This document shows positions 39,830-54,532 of a stretch of DNA of 64,000 bases, one piece after another. Numbering within the stretch: position 1 is the stretch's first letter; every line of letters begins with the position of its first letter. The position numbers and the translations under genes were made by a program. This stretch comes from Paraspadella gotoi. Taxonomy: Eukaryota; Animalia; Chaetognatha. Location: NCBI GenBank assembly GCA_051294375.1, contig CM119264.1, positions 29,579,182-29,643,181 on the forward strand, given 5' to 3'. The notes under the pieces were generated by a model that was not told the origin of the DNA, ran no database searches, and saw only the letters and a program-made list of their open reading frames with translations.

Positions 39830-40315
39830 TCCGGGCGGAACCGGAACTAAAGCCAGAGACGGAAATGGAACCGGAACTGGAATAAGAATTAGAAGCGGAA
39901 CTAGAGACGGAACCTTAGATGGAGACAGAAATGAAATTGGAACTGGAATAAGAATTAGAAGCGGAACTAGAGAGGGAACCTTAGATGGAGACGGAAATGG
40001 AACCGGAACTGGAATAAGAATCAGAACCGGAACTTCGATGGAACTGGAAAAAGAACCGAAACAGAGAAGGAGGTGAAAATAGAAACGGAGATGGAGATGG
40101 AGGTGGACATAGAACTGGAACTGGAATAAGAACCGAACTAGAGACGGAGCAAAAGGCGGAACTGGAACTAAAGATGGAAACAAAGGCGGTAATGAAACCG
40201 GAACTATAATGAGAACCGTAACAGGAAGTAGAGATGGAGGCGGATATGAAACCGGAACTGAAATATGAACCGGAACAACAGACGGAAACTGAGGCGGAAA
40301 TGGAACTGTAACTGT
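39830..40315. repeat. GGAACT/GGAGAC hexamer-based repeat with a 66-bp higher-order unit
   Basis: Unit GAATAAGAATTAGAAGCGGAACTAGAGACGGAACCTTAGATGGAGAC...; 2 full units here. Confidence 0.85.
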
Positions 40316-43118
40316 TGACTCATATTTGACCAGTTGACCTTAAATTTCTCGTTTTGTCCGTTCGGTCAATTTTCAGCTGGCTTCTTCCCCATCCTTAATC
40401 CAAATTATTTTATTAATTTAATTCATTCATTCTTATTTCAAATTTTAAAAATTATGGCCCGAAAAAGATTCCTATATAAAATGAAAATATAAAATGAAAA
40501 TTGAGAAAATAAGAAATAGAAACTGCGAGAACAAAACCATCGATCTGGGCCGTTGGACCATTACAGGACTTGATAAAGAAAAACAAAATATACGAAACGG
40601 CTTAAATTCAACCAAAACATTCTTAAAACACTGCATAAAAAAGGAGCCACATTTTTAACACCAATACAAACTGTATTGGAGGGCGAATTTTAGAAAGATG
40701 TAGATAAATAAACCAAAGCTTCTGGAAGAATGAAACGATTGGTCCAAAATATATTGAAACTTAAAAAAAGTTATTTTGTCATAAAATTAATGTTTGGTTT
40801 AAATATAATTAAAAAAAAGTTTTTAGGATTTAATATTAAAACATCCTTTTAGCCAATAATTTTTAAAAAAATTGTTATTGAAGAGTTAAGTAAAATTATT
40901 CCTTACCCTTTTAATATGTTTGTTTCCATTATTATTATATCAATTATTATTATATTATTATATTATATTATATTATATTATTATTATATCAATTCTCCAT
41001 CGTTAGCATCACTTTTTCCCAATTCCGTTTTGATACTCTGAGAAAAGTGAACATAAAAAAGTAACAACCTCATTATACGTAATCTGTTACGTGATCTGCA
41101 ATCGATAGGTGACTTTAGGACTTAGTTTTAGAGATAAAGAAATTTTTCAATACTGTCTCATTATGAGCAGTTTAAAATTAATTGCCCAATTATTAAAAAA
41201 TATTTATGGAAATTCTGATTGCCTTTTAATTCTCAAGAAAAAACTTGGGCAAATGGTCTTGAACTGAAAATGGCAAAAGACTCTTAAGCTGATTCACCCA
41301 TTGGAATCAAGAGGAATGGAAGAAAGAAATAAAAAAAAAAAAACTCGGTTCCAGAAGTTGACAACCGAAAGTCGGACTCACGCAGCGCCGGCGGTCGAAT
41401 CGCGGCGCCGCGGATTCGGGCCGCCGAGGAATCGGGCGACGCGAAACGAAAGAGGCGGGATTAAAGGTTTTCCGGTCGGAGGAGAGAGAAATCCGGCAGG
41501 GGGGGTAGGGGGGGGTGAGGGGGGGGTAGGGGGGTGAGGAGGGAGATGAGAAGGGAGAAGAGAAGAAGAGAAGAGAGGAAGAGAAGTAGAAGAGAAGAGA
41601 AGAGAAGAGAGAGAAGAGAAGGGGAGAGAAGAGGAGAGGGAGAAGAAAGAGAAAAGAAGAGAAAGAGAGAGGGAGAAGAGAAGGGGAAGAAGAGATCGGA
41701 AGAAGGATAGGAGAAGACAACAGACAGAGAATAGAATAGAAGAGAAAGGGAGAGGAAGAGAAGAGAAAAGAAAAGAGAATAGAAAAGAGAAGTGAGAAAT
41801 ATAAGAGGGGAGAACTCAATCTCATATCTTCTTAATACATCATCAAAAAAAAATATATCCTACTCGTGCTTAGAGTCGGAGATCAAATCTCATCATGCAA
41901 ATTAATCACTTTTTACTTTATAATAAAAGATCATCATAGCTAATGAATGATGGAAGAAGTACAATCAAAAAAAAAAAAAAAAAAAGAATCGAAGACCGCA
42001 CAATCCCGCTACAGCCGCTGCAGCCTGAATCCACATTACAAGCCGGCTGCACCAGGTGCCGTTCGCTGCGACGTGAGCTTCCCCATGATCTTTTTTCCCT
42101 TTACTTACCTTTGCTACTTTCTTTCCAACTTTAGCTCAACCAGAAAATCAGACTTACTTTTATGGCTACATAGCTCCCACTTTGTATTTTTTTTTTTACT
42201 TATCTTTTTAATATTTGTATTTCTGTCCAATCTTTTATTTATACTATCCCTAACATTTCTTTTTTTTTTTCTTTCCTTTTTTCTTTCCTTTCTTTCTTTT
42301 CCTTTCTTTCTTTCTTTTTTCTTTCCTTTCTCACTTTAATTTTTTCTTTCCTTTCTTTCTTTCATTTTTCCCCTTTTTCTTTCAATTTTTTCTAATTTTC
42401 CATTTTTTCTTTATTCGTTTTCTCTCCTTCACCTCTATAATTTTAATTTCCTGATCACTTTTTCTTATTGCCATATTTAAATTCCTCGTCATTTTTTTTC
42501 CTTTTCTTCCTTTCCCACATAAATTGTTTTCCCCTTTATCTTTCTCTTTTCAAATTCTAGCCTTTTTTCCCTTTCTTTTTTCCTCCCATTCCTCTTTTAA
42601 ATCTTCTCCTTATTTTTCCCCCCAAATTCCATTTTCTCTGTCGCCGTCTTCCCCCCCCCCCAAAAAAAAAAAAGACCCAAAAAAGGAGGTTTGGTTCTGG
42701 AAGCAGACTGGAATTCTAATTCTGGTAGATCTGGGAAAAAAGGAAAGAAGAAAGAAAGAAAGAAAGAAAAGAGGAAAGAACCCCCCAACGAAGAAGAAAG
42801 AAAGAAAGAAAGAATAAAAGAAAGAAAGAAAGAATAAAGAAAGAAAAAAGAAAAAAAGAAAGAAAAGACAGAATATACTTATACATATATACATATCCCT
42901 TAAGTATGTTTTTTTCACTATGATTTGAATGACCGTGTTATAATCTGCAGTTTTTATTTATACTTTGACCTGCAGTCTGGCGGCCATAGGTCATAGGCTT
43001 GGCCGGCGACATTCTATTTACAACATTGGCTGATATTCGATTTGCGGACTTTTTATTGCGGGCAACTTTTTTTACTAGAGATTTTTCGCGTTTTTTGATA
43101 AAGCAAAGAGAGAGAGAG

Positions 43119-43149
<31 letters not shown>

Positions 43150-46100
43150 AGAGAGAGAGAGGAATCCTAATTTAAAGAGAAGAGAAACGAGAGAGTTTAA
43201 TTCCATTCATGTGAGAAAAAAGAAAAATTAAAAAATATGAAAAAGATTTTTATAAAAAGATTTGAAAAAAAGTTGAATATCAGGATTTCTCTATCGGATT
43301 CTATGTGTATTAAACTTATTCTTTTTGTCTCCGAAACAAATTCAAAATCCTTGTCATTTTCTCCTTTCTTTCCTGGAGGTTAACTGCCCTAAATAAATTA
43401 AAAATATAATAATTATCATAACTTGAACAAATATCTTTTTTTATTTAAAATTTTTTGGAATGGATTCTGGGATGAGCATAAAAAGTTAAACCAAGAATTA
43501 ATTACAAAGCTTTTAAAAATTCTTTTACGTTTCTCTAAGTGAAGTAATATAAAAAACTGGGGTTAAAATCAATTCGGGAAAGAATGATGGTTTTTTTTAC
43601 AGTTTTTCTTATTTTGGATAACACACTATCGTAAAATATATTTAAAAAAGAATGCAATACTTTGTGGTAGACGACTTTTTATGAGCTATTGAATCTTGGT
43701 CTTAAAATTTAAAAAAATTCCAAAAAAAAATTTTTGGCCTTTCTAGTCTATAAAATTAAATATTAAAAATTAAATTACTACTAACTAAGGGTATAGAGCC
43801 AATTAGAATATTTTGGTCCATTGAAATAATTCTTGAAAAATGTCTCAAATATCGTTTGAGATGTACTCACTTCCAAAATTTGACGCAACCGCCATTGAGT
43901 GCATGGGCTAACCGGCCTACCAAAAGAATAAAGTTTTGAATGCAATCCCAATTTTTTTTCATTTCTAAGGAAATATTTCGTCACTTTAAAACAGAAAAAG
44001 TTTGATAACGGACCACATACATGGGGTGAGGGACCCTATCTATTCGAGCTCTGATCCATTTCGAGATAATCGCAATATCATAAATCAAAATATAAGTGGC
44101 AAATAGTTATTCTGGCTTTTTAAATTTGTTATACAATAAAAAAAGGAAATTTTTAAGCAACTAAAAGGCCGTGTGGATGTTTTTCCAAAGTGCGGTTTTT
44201 ATGGAATGGGCAGTGTATTGCATGATGACGATATAAGGCGGCCATAATTGTTAATATATTAATTTTTCAAATAGGTCGTCTCTCTCTTCTGAAATCATCC
44301 ATGACTCAGTGATTCATGTTCATTCATCACTCTTTCGCTCCTTCAATTGCACTCATGAATTTAAATCTATTGCTTCTTCGTTTCATCACTTATTCTCTCT
44401 CTCTCCATCAATAATGAAAAGAGAGAACACACTTAGTTTTACAGGTTATTTGTGGGTTAGACCTTATGTTTTAATTACACCTGTTTATTGGCCCCTTAAG
44501 CCCTTTATGGTTATTTTTTAGACGGAGTCTCTTGGTTTCTCAGTCTTAGACTTATTTATTTGTTTTCAGCGCTTTTCTTAGTGTTATAGAGAAACGAGTA
44601 CAAATTTTGAGTAGAGAAACACAAAATCAAAGAAAAGTTTTACCTCGGCTAACGGGAGAGGGCAAAAGATTTATAAAATAATAAGGGGATTATATTTTGG
44701 CTACTACGGGGATAGAACGAATGAGGATATTATTTTTAATTTACTAATTAATTCTCTAGTAATAACTCACAATTTAAAATCGTTTATTTCGAAAATGTGA
44801 ATAACGTTTTTTTAGTAGTGAATCTTAGTCAAATTCTCTTCGCTAAACCATAAGACCTTAAATAGTTGTGGCACTTTCAAATTCGAGGTTTATATAGGGT
44901 TAGGAAAAATGTCTGAGCTCAAAATGAGACTCAAATTTTTTTATTAATTGAGGAGGTTGGCAGAAATATAGCGCTTCAATCTGATCTAGAGAGAATCATA
45001 TTTTTCAATTCGACACAGTGGTTCAAAAAGTAATATAAAATCACTAACCCACAGTTTTGATACACAAAATATGAGTGTGGTCTTCAAAACGAATAAATTT
45101 TTTATAGATATTTCGAATAAATTAAAAGGTTTGCGGGAAAAGAAATATATTAATAGTTAATTTACTATAGCTTCAGAGAATTTTCTACTTTATTAGTTAT
45201 AGTTTCTACCTTAAACCTACAGAGGTATTTAATTTTAGACGTTAAGCTCATGGAATGAGGAATAAATATATTCCATTTTGAATTTCGATAAAACTATATC
45301 AACCGTGTTTTGTATGCCGGTTGTTCATTCGGGAATTTCATTCTTTAACTTGTGGTAAATCAACGACGGATAGGGATCTGGCGCGTCCTCTGTCAAAGGG
45401 TCCGGGGCTCACTGTATTCAAACATTGCACAGAGCTAAGCCAATCGAAGACGCAGGCCAGACGGAAGCAGCCACAACACTTCGAACAAACTATAACCGCC
45501 ACCACGGTCGAGGACGCCAAAGGCAACGGCACTACACAGAATGTCGGGCGTGCGGTGATTCGCAAGTTAAAAATCTTTGCGTCGGCGGGAATAACGAAGA
45601 GCAAAGAACAGGTGTGGGAAGACATGGCACGTCGGAAGAGCGATGAACTGCAGTTGGCAGCTTCGTCTAGTGATCTTTAGAGAAAAGAACGACGAACGAC
45701 GACGACTGACGACGACGACGAACGACGAACGACGGACGACGACGGTGGGGAACGGCGAACGACGACGAACGCGAGGCGACGACGACGACGACGTGTCGGT
45801 CTGACGGGCGGTCGTGGTGGGGCGGCGGAGGCAAGGACGCGAGGGCCACGGGACAATTCGGTGCACACAATATTAGCCGTGCGCAATAGCCACAAAGTGT
45901 GGTAACCTCCTCTCGGACTCGCGGGTGAAGCAACGAGTGTCCGCACCGGGAGTCCCTTTCCTTCGCACCCATGTTCCCAGGACACCGAGGGCGATGGCGG
46001 AGATAAATTGGACCCAATGATAACAACAGAAACACGGAAGGAGTACACTTTCTACGCGGTAGGAATTGCATGAAAAAACGATAAAGGACGGAAAAAAGAA

Positions 46101-46479
46101 TCCCGTATTATATTGACGAGGAAAATTTTTTTTTATAAATGAACTCGCTTGAAAGTGCTCTATATGATATCAGAGTATCCGACCCATTTTTGCGGCCCCC
46201 AAATCTGAGGAAAAAGAAATTAAGCTTAAGATTGCAAGATAGCTATTGAACGAATAAAAAGACCTGATTGGTTGTACTGATATAATTATACGGAAACATT
46301 AGCGGTACGAGGAGAGGTTCACTAGAAGGGGTCGGGAGGCGGACACATCTCTCGGTACCAATATAAGAGTTACACAGGGCCAAACATTATATTCTATATT
46401 TTATAATAAGAACAAGAGGTAAATTAAATATCGAACTCATAATTAAACAACTAATTAAATCGTTTATAAATTTACAACA

Positions 46480-47530
46480 CACTCACACTCTCGTCAGTCT
46501 CTAATCATGCAGAGATTTATATCCACACACAACACAGTTTATAATCAATTTACATTCACTACAGACACTGTATAAATACGGCAACGAAGGACACACTTAA
46601 TCCGGGGAGAGAAAGGACCCGGGAATGAACTCTAGACATCACGTGTGTCCAACTACTTATGTTGATGTACCGAAGAGTTGTGGTTTTCCGCTGCGGCGCT
46701 AGATGTCGGCGCCTATCTATATATATATGGAGAGAGGAGGATACAAGGCCTAAGGAAAAACCAAAATGTATAAAAAAGGTGCCATTTAGGAATACCGGAG
46801 GTCCCATGGGCCGAATCGCCGAGCACCGCTGAGGAGCTAATTCCCGCCACGGGGGCCCACGGGGCCCGAACGGTACCCGATTCAGTTCGTTTGTTTTTAA
46901 GCCTGCAGGATTCCGGGTCTAAGGAAGAGGTGACAGAAAGACAGAAAATAGAAATAAAAATTATCGCTGGTCGACGGCGGGTTTTTGGAAAAGTTGGTTA
47001 TTTTCATTAGTTCAAAGATAGTTTTTAATAATTTAAACGTCCGCCGTCAAAAGGCGTAAAAACATTGAGACAAAATTTATGTAGGATGTATGGCTGAATA
47101 TGGCGTTTGGACGGGGAAAATTACGGTTGTTACAATACGATATATTTTCTGGTCAAATAAAAGATCATATTTTTGTAGGGTTCGCGGATAGCCTACAAGA
47201 CGCCTTGCTAAGGGGCAGACTTTCCGAAAATTTGTATTATAAAATACTTCCCCACCTTTTGTGAGGGCTCCTAGAACCTCAAGAAATTGTTTTTTTGTTT
47301 AATAAAGTCCTTTATGAGTATCGTATATCAGGTGATCGCCGGGTTTGAAAATTATAATTGAATATGGATCATGGACGAAGATTAAACAAAGTCACATAGT
47401 GCGTCTCAACTTTTGAGCGATTTCTTGTCGAATCGCTGTTATTTGGTGGTTCCCGTTCTAAAGAAAAAAGCGTACGTTGGGAGCACAGAGACAAGAAAAA
47501 CTTTAGCTGCCTCCCAATTACGACGACGAC
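46480..47530 (-). other. Insertion-riddled copy of the Rab terminal exon (probable raw-read artefact; pseudogene less likely)
   Basis: Colinear matches to 57214-57603, e.g. TGGTTTTCCGCTGCGGCGCTAGATGTCG (46681), GGATTCCGGGTCTAAGGA (46908), TTTTGAGCGATTTCT (47411). Confidence 0.7.
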
Positions 47531-50500
47531 CTTAGTGAGTTAGTCATGAGAAAAATGGTTTGGAGGAATTGGGATCAATGTTACATATTTTTGGTGAATA
47601 GTGGAAATTATAGGAATTAATTGATATGTGCACTTTGTTATTTTATTTTGGGAGTAGGAGGAATACAAATATGGGCGGATATATTGATGTACTTAAATTG
47701 TTAATCAAATAAGTTATCTGAAAGAGAAATCAACATAAAAACTGGTATGGAGGCTTGCGCTGATTTTTTTGCATAAAATTTCTTAGAGAAACATAGGTTA
47801 ATTAGAAGCTCTTAATTAGATTAACGATAAACATATTTAAAATTGATTGGCACAATATGTTGTTAGAAAAAAAGTAAAACATTCAGTCTAGATCGGGAGT
47901 GGTAATATAACAAATTATCTTAAAAATCTCTAAATAACAATCATGTCATCTGCGCAAATTTCTCTAAATAATTAAAAAATATTATATTTGATTTGCTCAA
48001 AATGTTCTTGTTTAAATTATATAAATATTAAACTGGTTAATCCGGTTGACTTATTGCATCAATTGATTTTAAGATATTTTTATATAAATTTATCTAATCA
48101 AATATTTATTAACAATTTATTTTGCTCTTTAATAAAAAATCTGTAAGATCTCATTAAGAATTGTGAAAGAACCCATCCTCAGACCCTCTCTCCTGCAGAA
48201 GAGGGAGAAGAGTCACGTCGGGGAGAGCAAACTGGACTAAAGACCGGACCCGCCTCTCTGGCAGTCCGTAAAGTTTCTCATTTCACTCAGTTTCTTAATT
48301 ATTCTCATTTTAGAAGTCCTTGATATTTAATGGTAGAAGAAACCACAAAGCGTCATTTAAGCATCCACAAAACGTTTATCTCATCTCATATTTTAATTAA
48401 AATAAGTCCCGTTTCATCATTCTACATACACATTTTACAAATTCAACTCATCATCATCCCAATCACACCATTCCACTCAAACCGCAAGAACTGAAAATGA
48501 CCGCAAAAAGAGGAGAAAAGAAGACAAACGTCTTGATTATCTCTTATATAAACTCTCATCTTGTCACCTAGAACAAAGAGCATCTGAGGTTACGGTCGTC
48601 TGGAAACTTTACCAATTGTGATTATAATTCCGTTTAGCTGCACTCTTACCGCTAATTATCACAAATCCCGACATTGTTTACATTGGCCAAATAAAGTCCT
48701 CGGCGGGAGGGGCGGTGATGCACCGCTGCCAGGCCTAGTATATTATTTACATTCGATCAGAAGAAGCGGTCGGAACTAATTCTGAAGCTTACCGCTGACT
48801 CTCCTCATCCCAAGTCCCCAGTATATCTCGGCAATCGAGTCCTCGGGTCTCGTCTCTCTCTCTCTCCGGGCTCTCTGGCGGTGAACTTAGAGACCTCTCA
48901 ACAGATGTCGCTACTGACCTCTGGCGAGGGGGTGCGGCTCTGAAAAATTCCACCAGGAATACATAATGCCCCCCTAATCTGCCGAGCCCGGATAATATTA
49001 TTCTCACCATAAAAGATAATGTCTCATCTTGGGCTTTAAGCTTTCCCCCATAACTTCCATTAACGTTGGATAAAAGCGATATATTTATAGTTTTAAATTA
49101 CATCTTTACCGCCTCCATTATTTGAACTAATTTTATTCAATAACTGTTATTATACTGATTAACGATTTGTAGATTGTCAATTTTTCGTTTGTGTCGAAAA
49201 GCATCTTTTTTTTTTTAATTAAAATCAGCAACTCATTAAATACTTTTTTAAAAATATTCAAAAATACCGTTTGATAAAAAAAGAAGGAAATATTATTTGA
49301 TAATAAAAAATATTAAAGTATCAAATTTTGGCTCAGGTCTACAAAAAAAAACTTCATATACAGATGTAAATAATGATGTCAAAACGACTTAAAAATTATT
49401 TTTTTATCTTACAACAAAATACTTACTCGCCGATTTTCATTGGTATACTTTATACTTTTCCATTTACCAGTGTCCGCGATCGATCTTAATTATTGAATAT
49501 TTATTTTAAACATTATCTTTTTATTTTTAGTGCTATTAGTATCGTTCTGAATGTCAAATTGTTTCTTTTATTTTAAATTAAAAAAATATATGTCGTCAGA
49601 CATTTAAACATAACCACGTGGTAATGAACGCTAGTTCTAATATATTTGTGATGTTCTCTTTCCACAGCCTTCACAGTTTTCACCCCTCCTTTCCTTCCCA
49701 CCCTCCCCTGCACCACTTTCACAGTTCACACCCCCTACCCCCCTTATCAACCTAAACAAGCACTGGTCGTTCCTGTACTTTTCCGGACTAAAGGCAGCAT
49801 AAAATTTCTTCCCACAATCGATCGTACGATCTCGTCTTCGTGAGTCCAAAGGTCAAGATAACGGCGGCCGACCCCTCATTGAGATACTGGGGGCTGCCGA
49901 GGAAATAGCGAGGGGTGGGGGGCTTTCAAAATAAATTTACAATTTGAAGAAATTAATTGTTTCGAAAAAAGTTTTTCATATTGTAATTCCTAAAAAAAAT
50001 TTAAATGAAGTTAAATTTTTAGTGCCTAGACATCGACGTTAATTTATACTAATTGGAATATTTGTACGTGCTGCCTCTCGAGCTACCAAAACAAGCCTAT
50101 AAATTCAAAACGCCCCTCTTCTCAACGTTACCACTCACAACACTTGACCTCACAACCCAATACTTCACTAAGTCAAAAACAAATTGGCCATCAAACCACC
50201 CAAACCTGCTCACAATCTACACATAATATGCCCGAACCTGATGTAGGAGAAACTTCCCTAGACCACACCCTTAACTTGCCCATTATTGCAAGATACCCCC
50301 ACATATAAGCTGGGTACAATTACAACTTGTTTCGAAAACACCTTTGGTATGGACACCATATCGCAGCGCACCAGACATGGTCCTGCAACGGGCAGCTATT
50401 TATGACTGTCTATACGTTCGAAAATATTTTAAGTTGCTAACGACACGCGTTGTAAATCTATTGGCGTGTATGAAAAATCAATCTTATATTTTTTTTTTTA

Positions 50501-52025
50501 AAAATTTAATTTTTTTTTGGGCACAAACTGGTAGATTAAATTCACACTAACAAAATAAACGCTGATTGAAAGACTTGAATTAGAATAGTCGTACGCGAAC
50601 ATTCCATATTCTTTTTTCTTAGTCGTCGACCGGAGGCGCTTTGAAAACGGTCCAGTGGAGACTGTCTAGTCGGGGTACGACACCCCGGCGAAGGTCGGAG
50701 ATAAGCGAAAGAACGGGCGCTCGAGAAACGACCTCTAATGGGCCGTCATAGATTCGCGATGGCATCGCGGCGGACCGAGCGCAGACTTGAGAAAGCGGCA
50801 ATATATTGGTAGGCCAGAGTCACAAGTAGAGGGAGGCTATTATAGTCAGAGAGCGATGCCGCATCTTGAACTGAAGCATGCGTGTATAAACAGGAGTTAT
50901 TGTAAATTTATAAGCTCATTGTTTACACTTTTGGGCAGTACGAATCTAAACCGTTCTGATAGCGGTGGAAGAAATTCTTAAAGAAAAATCACTCGTACTC
51001 TATCTGACCATCTCGGTTTTGCATATTAAGCAATCTTAGTACGATATTCTCCCGACAGACTGCTTTGCCACGTCTGATAAAATACCACTCCCTTGGACAC
51101 CGGTTCAAAAACGCTCGACACAGTTGTTAATGCCTAACACAGGTGACTCGGGCGAGTCCATATTTTTGATCTTTAAGTGCCCGGATAAGCCCAAACATCT
51201 ACAGACTCATATAAATAAATTCAGCATAAGTAAAGAGCATCAATCGCTACGCAAGAATTTCTGAGACGCCACTGGCACAAGTCTCTATGCTAATCGTGAT
51301 CACAGAGGATCTACACAGCCTCGCATCTAATATTTTCTAAAGGCGAGATCACCTTTTGGGTTGAGTTTAAGAGTCGCTCCAGACGATTGACAACCTTCGT
51401 GATCACTGCCGTCACTTTTTATCCGACTGGGCTATTCCCGCTTCGGAGGTCCATTGCTATCTATCGACCCTCAGAGTGAAGAAACTGAGCAGTTTTGAGG
51501 AACATGTAAGACACTTGAGAAGATTCGGCGTACAAGACGGTAGCTTACCATCCCGGTATTTGAGAGTCGAGAGGCGTTGCCGCACGCTGGAATGCCGTCA
51601 CGCTGCGCAGATAGACGCTCATATCATCGCGGAACAAAAAGGATCTATAAAGTATTATATAAAAAACAAAGCTTTTAAAACAAGTGAACAACGGAGAGAC
51701 GCGATGTTCTCGGGCATCGATGATCAATAATTTAGAATCGAGAATTGAAAGATAATATATCACACTCTATTTCATAATATACGACTGTAAAGGAATCTCG
51801 GAAATATATGATAATAACTTGTCTCGTGGGTTTTGCTTCTTTCTTGTAGTAAACTTTAATTAGTCTTTAGTCTCTTGAATTGCTATTTTGGAAATATAAA
51901 CGAGACTGTCTTCATCGATAAAATCCTTTAATCTTTGAGCTTGATCTTGGAGGTTAAGGTGTACAAGAGAGTGCACGAACGACGAGAGAGCAGAGTATGT
52001 AGAGAAAGAGCAGAATGAGAGAGAT

Positions 52026-52060
<35 letters not shown>

Positions 52061-54532
52061 TAGACGAAGAAGAGAGAGAAAGAAGATGAGAAATGAACTT
52101 AATAGCGATAGCTGATGTGCGTTATAATAAAATTGTCCCAAAACGCTGTTCGTTACGTGACGCGCCGAGAAATTTCTGTCCGTCCTGTCTCGTCTGGCAC
52201 ATCCGAATTCGAGCAGCCGCAAAGTTTCGAGCGGCCACATCATTATATAAATCTGCTCGGTTTAGAATTTATTACTGATAATATACAGTTATGGATAAAT
52301 TAGTACAGGACATGGAATGGAAACCATTTATATATCTGGAAAATCACTGAAAATTATAAGAATGATTGTGCGTAATATCCTTTAATTAATTTGTTTTCTG
52401 CTGTGGTTATGATGTAGAAACTGGAGTGGTCGTGAGAGTTGAGCTGGTAGTAATTGAATATATTGCTGTTTGAGAGTTGAGAAACGTTCTCGAGAGAACT
52501 AACCCGCGATGGTATTAATGAATAGTTAATGTATGGCTGAATTATCAGTAATAATAGAAAAATCATTCTCTTGTAACAACAAAGTTACATGTTTTCACTG
52601 CAAAAAATGCAGGAGAGTGGAGATGGTTTAGTTTTCGTGCATTGACTTGAAAGCGTTTGTTGATATTTATATGAAAGAGAAATCAGGAGCTAGAGAAAGG
52701 TGGTGTTCAGCAATTGAAAAGGGCATCCCTGCGGAGAGAAATCACATAGGATATAAAAATAGACGATGGTAATATATATCTCTCCGAATATTTTATGAAA
52801 TTAGTCTTTGGGAAACTCGATTCATCTTGAGTATAAACGACATTTAAACTTCAATAGAGATTTCAAGTTCTATACATACATATAAAATCAGGAAATTGAG
52901 AAGCATACAGACAAAAGATATGGCTTTTTCCACTCACTCAATTCTCGATTATATAACCGCTTTTTTTTTCTAATTGATTTTTTATATTAGCATTATACAC
53001 ATTTCAACGACATGCGGTCGAGCACCAAATCTTTGAAATAGTGAATCAAATAATAAATTTAAGTATAACCAATGTAATTTATTATAAACTATTAATATTT
53101 ACAGTTATTTGACATTGAAATATATTTTAACCACTACAGTACGCAAGGTATTATAAAAGAATTGCTGGGCTGCTAGATACAAGAATCACGCATCTCTCTG
53201 AGAGTGAGACTGTTTGCTCTCAGAGGCCTATGAGGCAACTCTTCTTCCGCGCAGATTTATTATCGTTACAATTTCATGTGGTTTCTTAAAGAAACTTGAT
53301 AAATAAGAATTGAATTCAATTATTGTATACAGGTTATTAGTTTCAAGTTTATTGAGAGCAGTGGACGCGGGTTACGGCTAGTTAAAAAACTAACCAGTTG
53401 TCTATCCTTTCCTCTCTCTTATCTGGTTTTGGTTTCCTTCAAACTTATGCTAAGACAATAATTAAGAAACTGTCATCTATTATTTCAGCCCCAAATACTT
53501 AATTAAGTCATTCCGGTCCTTATAAAAAAGTAGATAAATAGTTTGTTTGCAAAAAGTAGGAGTATAAACAACTAGAATTTGTCGATCTAAATACGAAGAT
53601 TACAAATAACTTCATAAATTTTAACACGAGCCATTGTTTGTAAGATTATATCAAGTATTTGACGGCGTACGCCTCGAGAGACAATAAGTCTATCATGTGG
53701 CTCTATTAATAATATGATATGCCAAACACTCTGCAATAAACGTGATATAAAATTATCTACTTCAAAACACAATTAGACATATTCAAATCACTCTCTATAA
53801 TCATTTCCGCGTAACTTTCTATTTCCCAGCGACCCGTCACTCATTGTCTATATCTATTTATATAATATTTTGGAATTAAGTAATTAAGTTAAACAAATAG
53901 TTGAGGGCGACATGTGTATTATATGTAAGAGAGTCAGGTTTAGGGGTTACAAGAGTGTCGTGTACAGGTTTGTTGTGTGTGAGAGATTATTAAAGGCAGT
54001 AACTAGGAGTATAATAAGAGGATAAGGTTTTAAAGGATTAAAGGAATCATTAAGTTATAGGGATTAAAGATAGTATATGGGCTTATCGACGGTCTAACAT
54101 TAAGGAAGTTATGAATTTTAAGATTAGGCAACATTAAAAGAAAGCAAAAATATACGAGAGTTGAAAAATTGGTTTTACATAAAAGGGACAGAAGTGGGGT
54201 CGCGCATGCACACTTTGTGAGAAAAGACGAGTTTCCGCACATCTCGCGCCTTCGTCTACACATGCAACTTGGACGTGATATGACACAGAATACTTCATAA
54301 CTAATGTCTTAAAACAGATCATAGATCAGAGTTATATATATCGGGACATCTCTTCTTCACACTTTCGTTTAAATTCCGCAAAAACTTATGAACACCTTAC
54401 TATAGTATCGAGTTATACAGATGTAAGGCATTTTTTTACTTTCAAAAGTCATTATTGGGGCGACGTTAAAAAAGAAATTTTCATTTTTCAATCCGTTGTN
54501 NNNNNNNNNNNNNNNNNNNNNNNNAAAAAATT

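Larger units (their letters stand above)
37715..43210 (+). repeat. Segment duplicated at ~57940-64000
   Basis: 41321-43210 appears base-identical to 62111-64000 (offset 20790); 37715-41300 matches 57940-62100 with frequent indels. Confidence 0.92.
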
